In this document: piece by piece, positions 11,962-28,005 of the stretch
How the letters are laid out: every line of letters begins with the position of its first letter
Numbering within the stretch: position 1 is the stretch's first letter
NCBI RefSeq assembly: GCF_009914755.1
Contig: NC_060940.1
From: the human T2T-CHM13v2.0 reference genome, Homo sapiens
Reading direction: 5' to 3' (one strand)
DNA: 64,000 nt
Program-made: the position numbers and the translations under genes
The notes under the pieces: generated by a model
Databases searched by the model: none
What the model was told of the DNA's origin: nothing
Seen by the model: the letters and a program-made list of their open reading frames with translations, nothing else

Positions 11962-14900
11962 AGAGTTGCAAAGTCATACTCACCTTTCTGCTCTTGTCAG
12001 ACAATTAAGGGGTCTTTGAATACTTCAGCCCTAATAATTTGCTTCCTAACATACATATTGCAGTGCTTATCTAATTTTAAATATATTTTTGTTTCAACAC
12101 CTAATTTTTTATTTAAATCTATCTGTATGTTTACAATATATTTTGCTCTGTGTTCATTCTTTGATTTCAGAACTTCAACCTTTCTGAAGCATGTTTTCAG
12201 TTTCTTTAGTGGAATTCTGCTGGAGGCGTTTTGTTTTTTGTCTCTAAATATGTTATTTAGCCATAGGTTGATGAATATTTTTCTTGGTTGAGAATTTCAG
12301 AATGGCATTATTAGTCTTAACAAATAATATTGTTTATTTTACCTTTCATTCTTTCTGATTTCAATATGATTAAAGGTAATTTGATTTTTCTAGTGCTAAT
12401 TGAAATATTTTTCCCTTCCTGATTGTTTACTATTTCTCTAGGAGATACATAGGTGTAGGTTTATCTCCACTGTAGCTTGCTTAGCGTGCATGGAACTTTT
12501 GAATATGCAGATTAGTGTCTTACAAAAGTCTAGAGAACTTTCAGCCAAAATACCATCACATATTGTCCCTTCCCAGTTCCCTTCTTCTATGAGAACACTC
12601 ACTAAACACATGCTACATTTTCTCACTGTATCTTCCATGTCTCTTAATGACTCTGTCCACATTTTGCATTTTTAAAAATTTTCTGTAATGCATTCTGAAA
12701 TATTTATGAACTCTCACCATGGCCATGTCTAATCTGATGAGTTCATTTTTGAGTTTTTAATTTAAAATACTATATTTTTATGCAAACTACTTTTCAAATT
12801 TGCTACATCAATTTTTTAGTCTCCTAAAATATATTCTTTTTATTTTAAATTTTTTTAAAGCAAATGTGCTTTATAATCTAACAGTGATATTTCTACTAAT
12901 GAACCTTTATGGATCTGTTTGTACTCTTTTTCTGCTTTCCTTTCAAATGTTGGAATATCATTTCCTTGTGTACTTAGATGCCTTTGAATGACAAATATTT
13001 ATTTTTCTCCGAAAATTATTTTTGTGCACTTTTGAGTATTAGTAAGAAGAAAACTTGCCAAAGAGAATTTGAATTTTTTTGTGAGTCTACTAAAGGCATC
13101 ACCATTCTGGGACCACATTATGTTAATTCTTGGTCTAAAGGTGTTTGGATGTATGTTCGGACTGCACATTTAAACAATTTTTTAATTAATTGCTGTAAAT
13201 CATTAGTGATTGAGTTTCTTTAAATCTGTCCAATCTCAAGTCATTTTTATTTGCCATTTCCAGGGAATGTGAAATGGGATTAATTTACCTCTGATTCTTC
13301 TTTATACTGAGGATAGAAATTTTGGTCCTAGCTTTAGGGAGGAGCTCCTGTGTGATGCCCTATCTTGGGAAACACTATGTATTTCTTTACTGTCCTATGT
13401 GATGTATGACAGTAGGAATCTGCACTCATTCATTTTGGTACATGTCCGTAGGGCAAAATCAGTTTCGGTGTTTAGGTATATTTTGTCTGCTCCCTGCAGT
13501 CCCATGGTTTTGAACTTATATTTTACTTTTTTTTTGTGAACATACCAATGCTTCAATTTTTTTCCAGTAATATAATCAACTATATTATGAGAAAGAGAAA
13601 AATTTTGAGAAAACACAAATTTCATGTTTTCCTACTCTAATTGGCTTTTACATAAAAATACAGGTAAAATTTATTTTTGCTTTTTTGCTATTTCTGTTTT
13701 GCTATTCTGTTTGTCTATGTCTTCTCCACATAGACACAATTAGGGAATTTTGTACACTCTTGTGCCAACTGCTTTGATAGTAACAAAATGTATTTCTCGA
13801 ACTCCTAGGTATAAAACTCAAGTATCCGCAATTTAAATTCTTTTTCCCTCACTTCTATTATGTTTCCGGTCTCAATAGAAATCGATGCCAATCCAGAAAT
13901 ACAAGCATTATTCTAATACTTCTCACACATTACAGAGATAGATTAAATTTTCTAGATCTCCTTAAATACTATCATTTTTCACTACTTTTATCTTAACTGT
14001 TAAGTTCAACATTTTCTATAATATTAATATATTGTGAAAATTTCCTTACTTTCTTATTTGTCCCAGGTTAAATGTTTTGCAGTCTCTACCTCACCCTGTG
14101 ACGCATAAACACTGTACATGCTGTACAAATAATACATAGTTCATGTGCTTAGAGATTGCACAATTTTTATTTGGTTGATAATAGCTAATGTTTTCTTCTT
14201 CATTTTCTATTTCCTGATTTTTCTTTATTTAGTATATACTACATTATCATAAAAATAAGAACGTTTTACAAACTAAAGCAAAAGCAACCCTAGGAATAAA
14301 ATGCACAAATAAAATATGTAAACATACAATTAGATGTACCATGTACCCCTCTAATTTATTTAGACATTTAATTTTAGTACGATTTTAATTAAAGTCTGTG
14401 TATTACCTGTCATCGTCTTAGTATTTTTTATATAACAAATTTTGTAAATCAAAAAGTCTCAATGTCATTATAAACTATCTTGGCAGAGGTTGATCTCCAA
14501 GAATAATTCCTCTCCCAAATTATACCAATTAGAATTTCACTATACCATAATTCTTTTAATCAGTTTCAGAGGAATAATAAATTTCAAAATTGTTCAAGGT
14601 ACTTGTTGTAGTTCAAGTACATTTTGACATGTGTAAAACTGTAGACAGACTGATATAAACATATTCTAATTGACTCAAAAATATAGATTTTAAAATGTCG
14701 TGTCAATATATACATGTTCTCCTTGTGAAATAATTGCTTTTTATTCTCTGGATAGAATACTTTAATCTTTAAACCTTCAATTCACTGTTAAAAACAAAAT
14801 ATTACATAAGGATATGCTTATAAAAATAATTCACAACTAGCTTTTCAATTCAGAAATATATGTGAAAAATCATCAAGCATCTAATGGATTTCAAGGAGAA

Positions 14901-17900
14901 ATGGGTTAGTAATTTATTCCATATGTCTTGATTTTTCCTAGACACAAGGCTTCCTTTAAAATAATTGTAGGCATTTAAGAAACCATGTAAACTAAAAAGA
15001 AGAAATTGTGACACTGCCACTTAGGTTTTTTAAATCTTTGGACATGAATCAATATATTTTTTAATTTTATCTTAATTAGACATTGTGAGTTCACCATCTT
15101 CCTGTCAGTATAGCATCCAAGATGATTATCATAGATTACAAGTTCAACTATCAACTGTGTTCTGAGAGTTTAAAAAAATAAATGAATGTATTTGTTTTGG
15201 TATTCTTAAAGCAGGAGTGAGGACACAGTGAAAGTGAGACAAGGAAGAGAGAACAAAATAAAACAGGAAAGATAGAAAAGCCAATACCACACTTGTTAAG
15301 AGGCAAGTTCCTGTGTTAGATATCTGGGCTTAATTCTCTGGGAAGCTATGTGGAACATGCCTCAGAATTACATCACTGAATCCAGGGAGATTCTTCTTAG
15401 TTACCCTCACCTTTTCTTCCCACTTCATGCCCAGTAACAAGCTCCCGTGCTGCTAGAGAAAGTCCTCAGCTAGAAACAGGTGCAAATTCTGGAGATGAGA
15501 CCTTGTAGAGTGTTAAGAATGATTTTCTTCCCAGCAGCTACAGGTGAGGAATAGGGGCTGGGCTATTAATACACCTGCTACAAATCAATATACACCTTAT
15601 GCTCCTTTTGGTGATCGACAATGTATTTTAAAATATTAGATGATCAAGAAGGGCTGCAGAAAGGAGGAAACAGAAACAAACAGCACACCTCTTGGTTTAT
15701 TTTTATTCATTTCATCAGTGTCAAGGAAAATGTGTTGGGAGTTCCTGGCATAGAGAATGTCACAAAGACATGTTTTCAATAGTGGTGCTATCCCTAGGGC
15801 AGAGAAGACCCAGAGAAAGCCCAAGTGGCTGCTGGAACAAAGTCAGACACCGTGCCACCTGTCCACACTTCTTGGCTCTGCCATCATGCTGAAGATCGGT
15901 TGAAAGGACTCCCTTCCCTACCCCCAAAATTAAAAGAGCACAAACTGAGAAACTGAATGTAGGAGACAGCAGTGGATTATGCTGTTCTCAGGGGTCATCT
16001 CAGGTTTGGAAGCATTCTTTCAAACTAACCCATCTCAGGCCATCTGCAGAAAAGAAACGTGGTACCTAACTTTTTTTCTTGTCAGCATTTGGTAAGGGTG
16101 TTTTATTGACCAAATATGTTCCCACAACCTAGTTTTTTGTAACTAACTGAATATAGTAGATTTTTAAATTTTATCATCAAAATCTATAGACAATTTTTTA
16201 TTAAAATAGACTCCACATCTATGTCCTGCTTTTCTTCTTCTTATTAATTACAGTGCTGTATAAAAGAACAAGACTTCAGAATCAAGAATATCTTGTCTCT
16301 TGGCATTGAATTTATACAAGGTGCTCTTTCTTTAATGCTGTCTCAAAGGACACATTTTTACTCATTAAAAAGGAAGATCGGAATCTAGTTGTATGCACTG
16401 CTCCAACATATTAATAATTAAAATTAGGAGGTAAATGTGGTCAAAGCTATAGAAAGACTTGAGATGTCATTTATATTGATTACTGTATAGCACTCTACAA
16501 ACAGAAATTGTTAAATAATAGTTTATATAAATATTTTGTAGCATTTCAAATATTTTAGTGCCTGAAGTTTCTCCTCTTATATAGTTCAGATTATCAATTT
16601 GGAGACTTACTCCGCTAGTTAAAATGTTTTTAGTCTCGTTTGAGTATTATATAAAAGCAATTTTCAGTTAAATGTGTTCCGCTTACATAAAACATTACAA
16701 ATTAGTGAGGATTTAATTACATTTTCATGTTCCTGTAATGTCTTTAGAAGATTTTCATATTATTACCTATCAATATATGTATGCTTTGTCAAAGAAAAGT
16801 CAAACATATATATCATTGAAATCGAAAATTTTTAAAAGTACTTATTAATTCTATTGAAAAACCACATCCATAGCAACAATTACAATATAGTGAACATGTA
16901 AATATATATCCTATGTCTATTTTATATATAAGCATATATGATTAAAAATATAGTTAATAATTTTTAAACCTAGTTTTATAAAGTAAAAATTAGTTAACTT
17001 CTGATGATTATTTGTTAATGAAGATATAATTATTTTGATTTGGGTGATTTTAAATAAAAATATTAAATTACGTGACAAAGTTTTTTATAAAATGTTTATG
17101 ATTTTTACATTGGTTTTATCACTTTATTCCACTATTTTATTTTAAGATGACCTGCCTTGTTTAAAACAATCTTAATTAAATTAAATTCCATTTTGTAAAA
17201 AAATTAACAAATGATTTGCTCTATTATACATTGCGTTTATAAACTGAGTCAGTATCTCAAGATTTGATCCCCATTATCATCATCTGTGGCCCTATTTGTT
17301 TTATAAATGTATTGTCTTTTTCCATGCCTGTCACGTCTCTATTGCTCATTCATTTTCTCTTTGTCCCTTATAGGGAGTTGCATCTTAAAAAAGCACAATA
17401 ACCTCCTCATTCTTTTTCACACAGAGAAATGTTTGTTAAGTAATTAAAGTGTAGATGATGATACAAAGAGCTTGATTAAATTAGATGTCAAAGTACCCTT
17501 GTGATTCACAATATGAATGGTATTTAATTTCTTTGAAATCAATAATTGCTGAGTGACATTAATTAATGCCAGTATTTCAGAAGTTGTTCTAGTTAGTGAA
17601 ATGTATACAACATGCAAAAGTTTCAGAACTCTGAAGGGCAACATTATTCTATAATTAAGAATTCACATTAATTATTGGGGAGAAATTATTAAGAATTAAT
17701 GACTGAGAAAATGATTTTATTTAGAAAATTATTTTGTGCATGAGCATTACTGCAAGTTTTGCAAGAAACATAAATTTAAAGAAACAATTATGTCCACAAG
17801 GTGAATTTAATAACATCTGATATTTTCCATGATTACAGTTTTATTTGGTAAATCTTTAAATGCACATCATCTAAAGATAATAAATGAATCTTGGAAATCT

Positions 17901-18299
17901 TGTAGGTAAGGGTAAATGTTAGGATGCAATTGGTAACCTAAATGTTACCAATTACATTTACAACACATACAATTACATTTTCACACACATGCACACACTC
18001 ACTGATACACGTGTGTATATATATACATGAATTTACTAATTGGTTTTAACTAATTATTATAAGAGCCAGTAGGATTGATATATATTGTTGAACCTGAAAA
18101 ATATTTATTATATACATGTTTAAAATACACAAAGAAATAAATAGTAATTAAACTAGGCATTTGAAACTCTACTAAAATATAAGCTGTGAACATTTTGTGA
18201 TCATTACAAATTCTTACACTGAATAAATTATTTTTATACTATTAATATGTTGGATACATGTGTACATTTTTTACAATGTATTATTTTATTTTTGTCATA

Positions 18300-18641
18300 G
18301 AGTCATGTCATGCATAATAACATTTCAGTCAAAGATGGATTACATATACAAAAGTGGTCCCATGAGATTATAATATATATTTTTACATACTTTTCTATGT
18401 TTAAGTATGTTTAGATACATAAACTCTTACCACTGCGTTCTTATTGCCTGCAGTATTCTGTACAGTAATGTAGTACACAGGTTTGTAGCCTAGGAGAGAG
18501 AGGCTATACCATTTAACCTAGACGTGGTAGGCTGTACAATCTAGGTGTTTGTAATACTCTCTGTGATGTTTGCAAAATGATGAAATTGCCTATGGATGCA
18601 TCTCTTAGAACGTATCCCTATCATTCAGTGATGTGTGACTC
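18300..18641. mobile_element. Tigger3a/MER7-type DNA transposon
   Basis: GAGTCATG...TGTGACTC ends flanked by TA; internal 'gtggtcccatgagattataat' and 'ttagaacgtatccc'. Confidence 0.8.
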
Positions 18642-19229
18642 TACTAAAATGCTCAATGTAAGTTTCAATGCCCTCCATAAAATTGTTGTACTGTGAAATA
18701 CAAATCTCTCACCCATGGCCTGAATATGTTTACAAACTAAGCAGATCATGGGAAGGAGAATGTGCTGGCATCGCTGGGATGATTTTTCTCACACTACATG
18801 AATAATATCTCCAGACTTTGCGAATATGAGCCACTTGCATAGAGTTAAAGTAGGCATCTCTTTGCTGGGAAATTTATCAAATGGCAGTATGAAGGGTTCT
18901 TAAAAGATACTTGTTTGTTTGTAGCAGGTAGGCCTACACTGGCTCATGGCAATGGTTGAGGTTGCTAAGATTTGGTGGAAGGAGGCAAAATGAAATGGCC
19001 ACTTATATGGTATATGGATCACTTGTTTCTGTTGAGTTACAGATTCAGCTGACTCTTTCTCCCAATGTTAGTTATTCAGAGAAAAAAAACATGATAGTAA
19101 TTTTGGGGTGACAAATACAATATTTGATGAAAGCAAATTTATTGAGGGTTAGACAAACTACAAGATACTTTAGGCTGCAAAGTCAACACAAGACTTCTGG
19201 CCCAAATTGTGCAGAGTTTGGGTCCAGCT

Positions 19230-19550
19230 GCAAAGTTCAAAAGAAGAGGCCACGTAAGACTATTCTCACTTCTGACACCAACTGCCAGTTCAGGGGTTTC
19301 CCCAGAACACCCTCAGTTTCAAGAATTTACTAGAAAGACTCACGGAACTCATTGAATGCTATTGTACTCATGGTTTATAATAGAGAAAGGGTAGAAATTA
19401 GGACCAATCAATGGAAGAGACATATCATATAAGGTGGAATCTAGGAGGATTTTGAATGTTAAGTTTCCATTGTCTTCAGGACATATTACCTGTCATTGTT
19501 GTACAGCAATAAACATGGCGTACTACCAACCTGGGGAGCTCACCTGATGC
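19230..19550. mobile_element. Old LTR fragment (MER21/MER77-like)
   Basis: cacttctgacaccaactgccagttcagggg...gaatttactagaaagactcacggaactca. Confidence 0.5.
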
Positions 19551-19599
19551 TAAAAAGATACTATTTAGTTAATGAAAAGGCAAATGAAAGGATGAGATA

Positions 19600-20880
19600 A
19601 GATGACCTTCCACATTAAGGCACTGGAAAAAATAGCAAACTAAACCTAAAGCAAGCAGAAGGAAGAAAATAAAAATTAGAGAAATTAATAATTTATAATA
19701 ATATTTGTTAGTATAATTGATATTAATTCTTGACTTTTTTTAAAAAGAGAAATATTCACTTCCCAATTTATTCTGTGGGGCCAGTGTTACCTTGATACAA
19801 AAGTTAGTCCAAATAGCATAGAAAAATAAAACTACTATAAGTATAAATGCAAAATCCCTTAAAAAAATACTAACAAATAAAATCTAGCAACATATAAAAG
19901 AATTATACACTATGACAAAGTGAAATTTATACTAGTAATCCCAGGTTAGTTTAACAGCCCAAAATCCATGAAGGTAATACATCTTATCCATAGAATAAGA
20001 AACAAGAATTGCATGATCATCTCGATAGATTCAGAAAAGACATTTAACAAAATCTAAATGCTTTAATGATTAAAAATAAAAATAAAAACTCAATGAACCA
20101 GGAATAGAGAACTTTCTACACCAGATACATGGCACCTGTGAAAAGCCAACAGCAAACATTCAACTTAGTGGTGAAAGAAAGGATAATTTCCCGCTATGGT
20201 CGGAGATAAGAATAAGATATATACTTTGACCTCTTCTAGTCGACACTGTGCTAAAGATTTTATGCACGGCAAATCGGCCAGTAAAGAAATAAGAGTCACC
20301 CATATTGAACAGGAGGAAATAAAACTTTATTTGCAAATAACATTCTTGTATATAGAAAATTTTAAGGAATCCACTGAATGATAGAACTAGTAAATTATTT
20401 CAGCAATATTACAGCATACAAGATAAATATACAAAAATCAATTGCACACATCTACAATGAAAACCCCAAAATGAAATTAAGAAAACACTTCAATTTACAA
20501 TAGCATCAAAAAAAGAAATAATAATTAATTTGGAAAGTGTGATACAATATTTTACTCTGAAATTTAAAAATTATTGTCTAAAGAAGATCTAAATAATTAG
20601 CAAATATCTTACAGCCATGAATTGGAAGACTTAATATTGTAGTACTTTACAATTTGAACTACAGATCTGATGAAATCCCTGCAAGTATCCCAACAGACTT
20701 CTGTCTAGAAACTGACAAGCTGATTCTAAAATACACATGGAATTGTAAGGGACTCAAAATAGCCAAAATAATCTTGAAAAAAGAAAACATGTTAGGATAA
20801 TTCACACCCCCATTCTCCAAACTTTACTGCAAAGCATCAGTAATCAAGACAACACAATACCGATGAAGGAAAAATATATA
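19600..20880 (+). mobile_element. Degraded L1M ORF2 fragment
   Basis: aaacctaaagcaagcagaaggaagaaaat; gatcatctcgatagattcagaaaagacatttaacaaaatc; gctgattctaaaatacacatggaattg. Confidence 0.75.
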
Positions 20881-20899
20881 GATTGATGATTCTACACAT

Positions 20900-22420
20900 A
20901 AATGAGATCACACAACATTTGTCTTTCTTCGTCTGGCTTATTCCACTTAGAATAATGTTCTCTATGTGTTGTTGCAAATGTAAGAATTTCCTTGTTTTTA
21001 AAGGCTGAATAATTTCACTTTTATGTAGGTATAAGCCACATTTTATCTGTTCATTCATAGATGGATATGGACTTCTTTCCCAAGTCTAGGCTATTAGGAA
21101 TAATCTCACAATGAACATATAGTTGACACACTCACTTTATTTTCTCTAGATGTATGCTCAGAAGTGGGTATACTCTATGTTCAATTCACTGAGTAATCTC
21201 CATGTCGTTTTTCATAATGGCTGTACTAATTTACATTTTTTTCCAAACCATACATGGATAACTTTGTACCACATATTCAGGTATTTGTTTAAGTCTTGAA
21301 TCCATTTTTAGCTGATTTCTGTGTATCATGTGAGGTAAGGTTCATTTTTTTTCTTCTGCATATGGATGCCCAGTTTTCACACCACTTCTTGAAGAGACTG
21401 TCCTCTCTCTATTGTCTGTCCTTGGCAATTTGTCAAAGATCAGTTTATTGGGAAGGAATGGGTTGATTTCCAGGTTGTCTATAATGTTCCATTGGACTCT
21501 ATGTCTGTTTACATGTCAGCATTATACTGTTTTGATTTATATTGATTTGATTTTGAAATTATAGAATATGATATATTCAGCTTTGTTAAATTGTGCCCAA
21601 AATTACTTTGGCTATTTAAAGGCCTTTGTATTTGATATAACTGGAGAAATTTTTAATATTTTTGTAAAAACATGCCATGGAGATTATTTATTTTATTGGC
21701 ATATAATAGATATACATATTTTATGGGAACATGTAATATATTGATACATTTATAAATGTGTAAAGAGCAGATCAGGATTGGTATATCTGATTGGTATATC
21801 TATCACATTAAACATGTATATTCTCTTTATGCTAGGCACATTTGAACGACTCTTCTAGCTATTTTAATGTGTACATTAGATTATAGTTAACTATAGTCAC
21901 CTTACTCATCTATGAAATATTTAGATTTTATTTCTTCTATATAACTATATATCTGTATTCAGTAATCAACCTCTCTTTATTCTCTTCTCCCTTGTATCTA
22001 TCCAGGCTTCTGGTAAAAACCAATCTACTCTCTGTCTTCAGGAAATCCAATTTTTTAGTTTTGACATAAAAGTAAGAAGATGCAGTATTTGTCTTTCTGT
22101 GCTTGGTTTATTTAACTTAACATTAGGGCTTCCACTTCCATTCATATTGTTGCAAATGACAAGATATCAACATTGATGGCTGAATAATATTCTATTGCAT
22201 ACCTAGATCATATTTTTTTATCCATTTGTCCACCTGCAGACCCTGAGGTGCTTTCATATCTGGGCTATTGTGAATAGAGCTGCAAAGAACATGGAGTGCA
22301 CATGCCTTTATGAGGTGGTGATTTTATCTTCTTTAGAACATACCCAGAATAGGATTTGCCACGTCATCAGGTATTTCTATTTTTCTTTTATTTCGGAGTC
22401 TTCATACTACTTTGCACAAT
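20900..22420 (-). mobile_element. Degraded L1M 3' fragments
   Basis: ttgtctttcttcgtctggcttattccacttag; ctgcatatggatgcccagttttcacacc; ggctattgtgaatagagctgcaaagaacatgg. Confidence 0.75.
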
Positions 22421-22429
22421 AGTGGAAAT

Positions 22430-24950
22430 ACAAATGGAATAACCATTATAAAAAGCAGTTTCAGTTTTGAGGTATGATCCAAAACCAAATAATGTTTCCT
22501 CATGATTCTCATTGGGAGTCTCTAATGAATCTGGTGGAAATGTAGGAAGTTTTCTAACCTCGTTAAGAAAATTATGAGTTTGCACCTTTTTTCTTTTTGA
22601 GGCTGGAAATTGGCATGATTCAAGTTGCATACTCTTGGCAGGTTTCAGAATGGTACAGCAGAAATCATAATGAGAGGGCAAGAGAGAGAATGAGGGAAAG
22701 TCAGGCAAACAAAGAAAAAAAATAAATTTCACAAGAGGAGAAACTGCTGGATATCAGTGTTGGGTTTTGGTCACAGACACATCTGTACTGAGTGAGGAAC
22801 CATGAAGTCAAGGGAGGAGTCTAGAACTTGTTCACCTGAAGCATCAGCATATTTCTCCGAGGCACCTAATTGCCACCACATCACAAGGGTGATGAATATT
22901 TGGATGCCATTAAACATGAGCTCCCAGGAAGTAATCATGTTTCCATGAAATTCAGTTAAAATGCCAAGGGTGTGTCCAGATCATTCATGCAAAAACACAA
23001 AATTTGCCTTTGCATTTATGGTTATCTAGAGACAAAGTGCATTGAGACTTCAGCAGGTTTCAGAGATCTGTTAAGTTTGGGGTTCCCATAGGAGAGCACC
23101 TTTTAGTAAAGGCTGGTCTATTTATTAAGTAGGTACAAATCCCCTCTATGGGAGTAGTGTTCCAATTGTGTGGAATTTTTAATTCCTTATTGAGTTGTAA
23201 AAAAAAAAATCCCAAGGATTGACTCCATGGAGTTTTACTTCTGTGATGATAAAAATATTTAATAAGATTCCTTCCAGTGTTTCAAGGAAAGTTTTTCTCT
23301 AATTTTTTTCCAATATATAAATTTTCCTGGCTAAAGGTTATAAGAGGCTGTTGTTAAAAAGACATACTGGAATGGCAACTTTAATCTGTTGGTGATAGGA
23401 GTGAGCATAATACATGAATCTCTTTGAGGGTTCTGCCTCATCCAAATACAGTATGGCAAAGGAGTATTGGGGGTAAAATCTCTAAATGTATTTTTTCCAG
23501 CAATCAAGTCATGAGGCAATAACAGATTCATCCTTAAGGCAGAGGACCATAATGCCACAGTGCTAGTAGGAGTACATGTGGCCAAGGGAGTTCAAGGGTT
23601 CCTTAATATTGTGACAATTTTGATATAAGTATACATTAGTAGAGACAGGGTTTCAACATGTTGGTCAGGCTGGTCTCAAACTCCTGACCACATGAACCGC
23701 CTGCCTCAGCCTCCCAAAGTGCTGAGATTACAGGCATGAGACACCATGTCCAGCTGGTCCATTTATTTTCTTCTGCATGTGCATACCCATAAACTTATGT
23801 GGAAGATTGTAGGAGGTTATAACAGTGTCGTACTTTAGTATCAGCCGTGTCTTACAGAGTCATTTTATAATAGTTCCTTTCATGGGTGTGCTTCACTCAG
23901 TTCATGCAAAACCTGGCAGGTCACAGGCTAAAAACACAAAATGCAGAAGCTTTTAATCAACTGAAAGGGCTGTAGCCTTTTGTCAAAGAATTATTTCAAG
24001 ACACAGAGATCACAGATAGATGATAAATAAAATATATTCACATCCCCTTAAGGGTGGGAACTGAGGAAAGTTTACCTAAATATGTCCAAAGGGCCCTGTG
24101 GCTCAATTCTGTCTAGGTCCCAATGTAAGGATTCTCCCAGGATTTTGTGGCTAGCTTGTCACACCTCATCAATAATTAACCTCTGCTGATTCCTCAAGGT
24201 GTTTATTTAATTGGATAACCAATTTGTCTATAAATTGTAGAGTTGAAATAAAAAAATTCATTTGTAATAATCTGGCACAAATTATCTAAGCAAAGTCGAT
24301 AACTAGATATTTTTCATTCATTTTTATTTAAAACCAGGGGCTAACCATTGATATTTTTAAATAACATCTGTGACTCTCTCAGCAGTTTTCTCTTCTGAGG
24401 ATATAACCTGGTGTGGCAGTTTTCTTAGCTTCAGTGTTACTTACCTCTTTTTGCATTGAATTCCACCTTTATATTTGCCAGGAATCTGGGATAAAGGAGT
24501 GCTTCTAAGAACTCCCTACCTTGCCCATGTTGGGGGCTGTTCCAGAATATGTGAGATGCTCTATTGTTTACAAAGCATCCCAGAGCCATGCACTGCTCTA
24601 AAACATGTTTATTTCCTGGTTTGACAAATTGGAATTTCTAATAAATGCAATCACTTCTGCCATCTGGGCTGATTTTACATCAGGTAGAAGACTGTATTCT
24701 AAGGAAACACATTAGTAACAGCAATTTTAGTCAAAAACCTAGAGTTTTATTATTGAGGCATGATTCATAAAATTATATTAGGCTGAGGTTCTCAGTGGCG
24801 GTGTCTAAACCTCTTGGGTGTACAGGGTCTTCCCTACTAACATGAAGCATTTATGAGCACGGTCATAGTTTCCAGCCATGCTTCTCCCTGTCTCCCTATC
24901 ACCACAAACTAACTATGACCTCACCTGCAACCTGGGTTAATTTCCAAATA
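22430..24950 (-). mobile_element. Probable old ERV internal remnants, interrupted by an Alu fragment at 23636-23753
   Basis: Degenerate ERV-like sequence judged by eye only; the Alu left-arm fragment is clear. Confidence 0.35.
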
Positions 24951-25215
24951 AGTTATTTTTTAATCTTTATGCCTCTAGATGATTATGTGAGGCTATTTCA
25001 GTAGAAAGTTAAAAATAACATTTGAACTGACTAACCAACACAGAAAATCACTGATAAAATGCAAAGCCTGGACGTCAGAGGCTCCAGGCCGATAATGCAA
25101 CAGTATGCAGGCAGTTTCTTCACCCAGTTCTGCACTGACACACCCAGCATGTCAGCTTCATGCCTCATTTGACTCCAATTATGTAGAGACATGGCAAGGA
25201 CATTCTCAAGGGTCA

Positions 25216-25871
<656 letters not shown>

Positions 25872-25879
25872 CTAGAAAT

Positions 25880-26790
25880 CACTAATATTCAGGAAAATGC
25901 GAATTCACAATGAGGTGTCTTTTCACCCTTCATCTCTGCTAGAAAGGCTGTTGTCTGAAAGACAAGTAAATAAATAAATAAATATCAAAAGCTGGCCAGG
26001 ATGCCTAGAAAGGAAAACTCCTATAGACCACTGGAGGAAATGTGAATTAGTACAGCCATCAAGGGAAAAAAAATGGAACTACCATATAATCCAGCAATCC
26101 AACTGCTGAGTATATATCTATTTAAATAATTAAAAGAAAAAACTAATATTGAAGAGATACATATACACCCATGTTTACTGCAGCACTAATCACAATAGCT
26201 AAGATATGAAATCAACGTATGCGTCCATCAACAGTTGAATGGATAAATAAAATGTGGTATATTTACACAATGGAATATTATTCAGATTTATCAATGAAAT
26301 TCTGTCACTTGAAGCAACATGCATGGAACTGGACACCATTTTGTTGAGTGAAACAAGCCAGACACAGACAAATAAATACGGCATTTCTCAGTGTTCTATG
26401 GAAATTTTTAAAAAGTTGATCTTCCAGAAGTAAATAGTAGAGTAGTGGTTATGAGAGGCTGGGAATGGGTGGAGACTGAGAGATAAGAAGAGGTTTGTTA
26501 ACAATGCACAATTACAAGTAGACAGGAGGGATGTGCTGTAGTGTCCTACAGTGCAGTAGGGTGACTACAGTTAACAATATATTGTACATTTTCTGTTTAC
26601 AAGTAACCAGAAGACAGAAGTTTGTATGCTACTAACAAGTTAATGTTAGTGTCTGAGCTGATTAATTTGCTCACTGTTCTGATTTTGGTCATACCTCACG
26701 GCACACATGTATTGAAATGTCACAATGTACTCCATAAGTATAAACAGTTATTATGTGCCAACTTTAAAAAATCCTTTAATTAAAAAGAAT
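25880..26790 (+). mobile_element. L1M 3' end
   Basis: gaactaccatataatccagcaatcc...ttactgcagcactaatcacaatagctaag...gagtgaaacaagccagacacagacaaataaatac. Confidence 0.8.
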
Positions 26791-27653
26791 TATATTGGTG
26801 TACATTACAAATGATTCAACACAGAGACAGGAATAAATACCATTTTTCTTTGAAATAGTGAATTAACTAACAATGCAGTTACATTCATTTGCACCAAACT
26901 GTGTATTTGATCATGGTAAGCATAGACAGAATTATGCATAGAATAATATGTTTTAATTTTAGACTAGTACTTATTACTATAAATGTAAATAATTTTAAAA
27001 CAGCTAAGTAAAAATAATAAAGTTGAGGAAATGTGTGTGTGGTGTATGATGTGTGAGCTTTTTCTTGTGCACCACTGTGTCCAGGGTGGATGTGTGGTGT
27101 GTGTCTGTGTCTGTTTGTGTTTACTCTGCTTGGGGTTCTCTGTGATTCTAGGATCTGGACTTCAGTGTCTTTCACAAAATGGGGAAAATTCTTAGCCATT
27201 ATTTTTTCAATTACTTTCCCTGTATTTATAATTTCTCCTCAGATTTAAAATATAAATATACTATAATTTTGATATTAATGTTTAATTTCTTTCTTCACTT
27301 CCTTTTCTTTGCAATTTACTTTGTGAAATTTCTAGTGACATTTTAAGCACATGGTTTCATTTAAAAGCTGAGCCAGCTCTACTGAGGGGTGTGCCCAAAG
27401 CTTGATCAATGTTTATACTGCAGTGCTTTTGATTTCTTATGCATTTCCATTTGATTTCTTCTTAGTATTTTCATATTTCAGTTACCTATTTAGTCCTGCA
27501 TTATGTCCACAGTTGCTTCAAGAGATTGTTGCATATGAATTAGAGTTACTTTACATATCTTGTTTAATTAGTTATAATATCTGTATCATTTACAAATCTC
27601 ATGCTGATCTCTTTTATTATGACTTTGATATTTCTCATTAATTTATGTAATAA

Positions 27654-28005
<352 letters not shown>
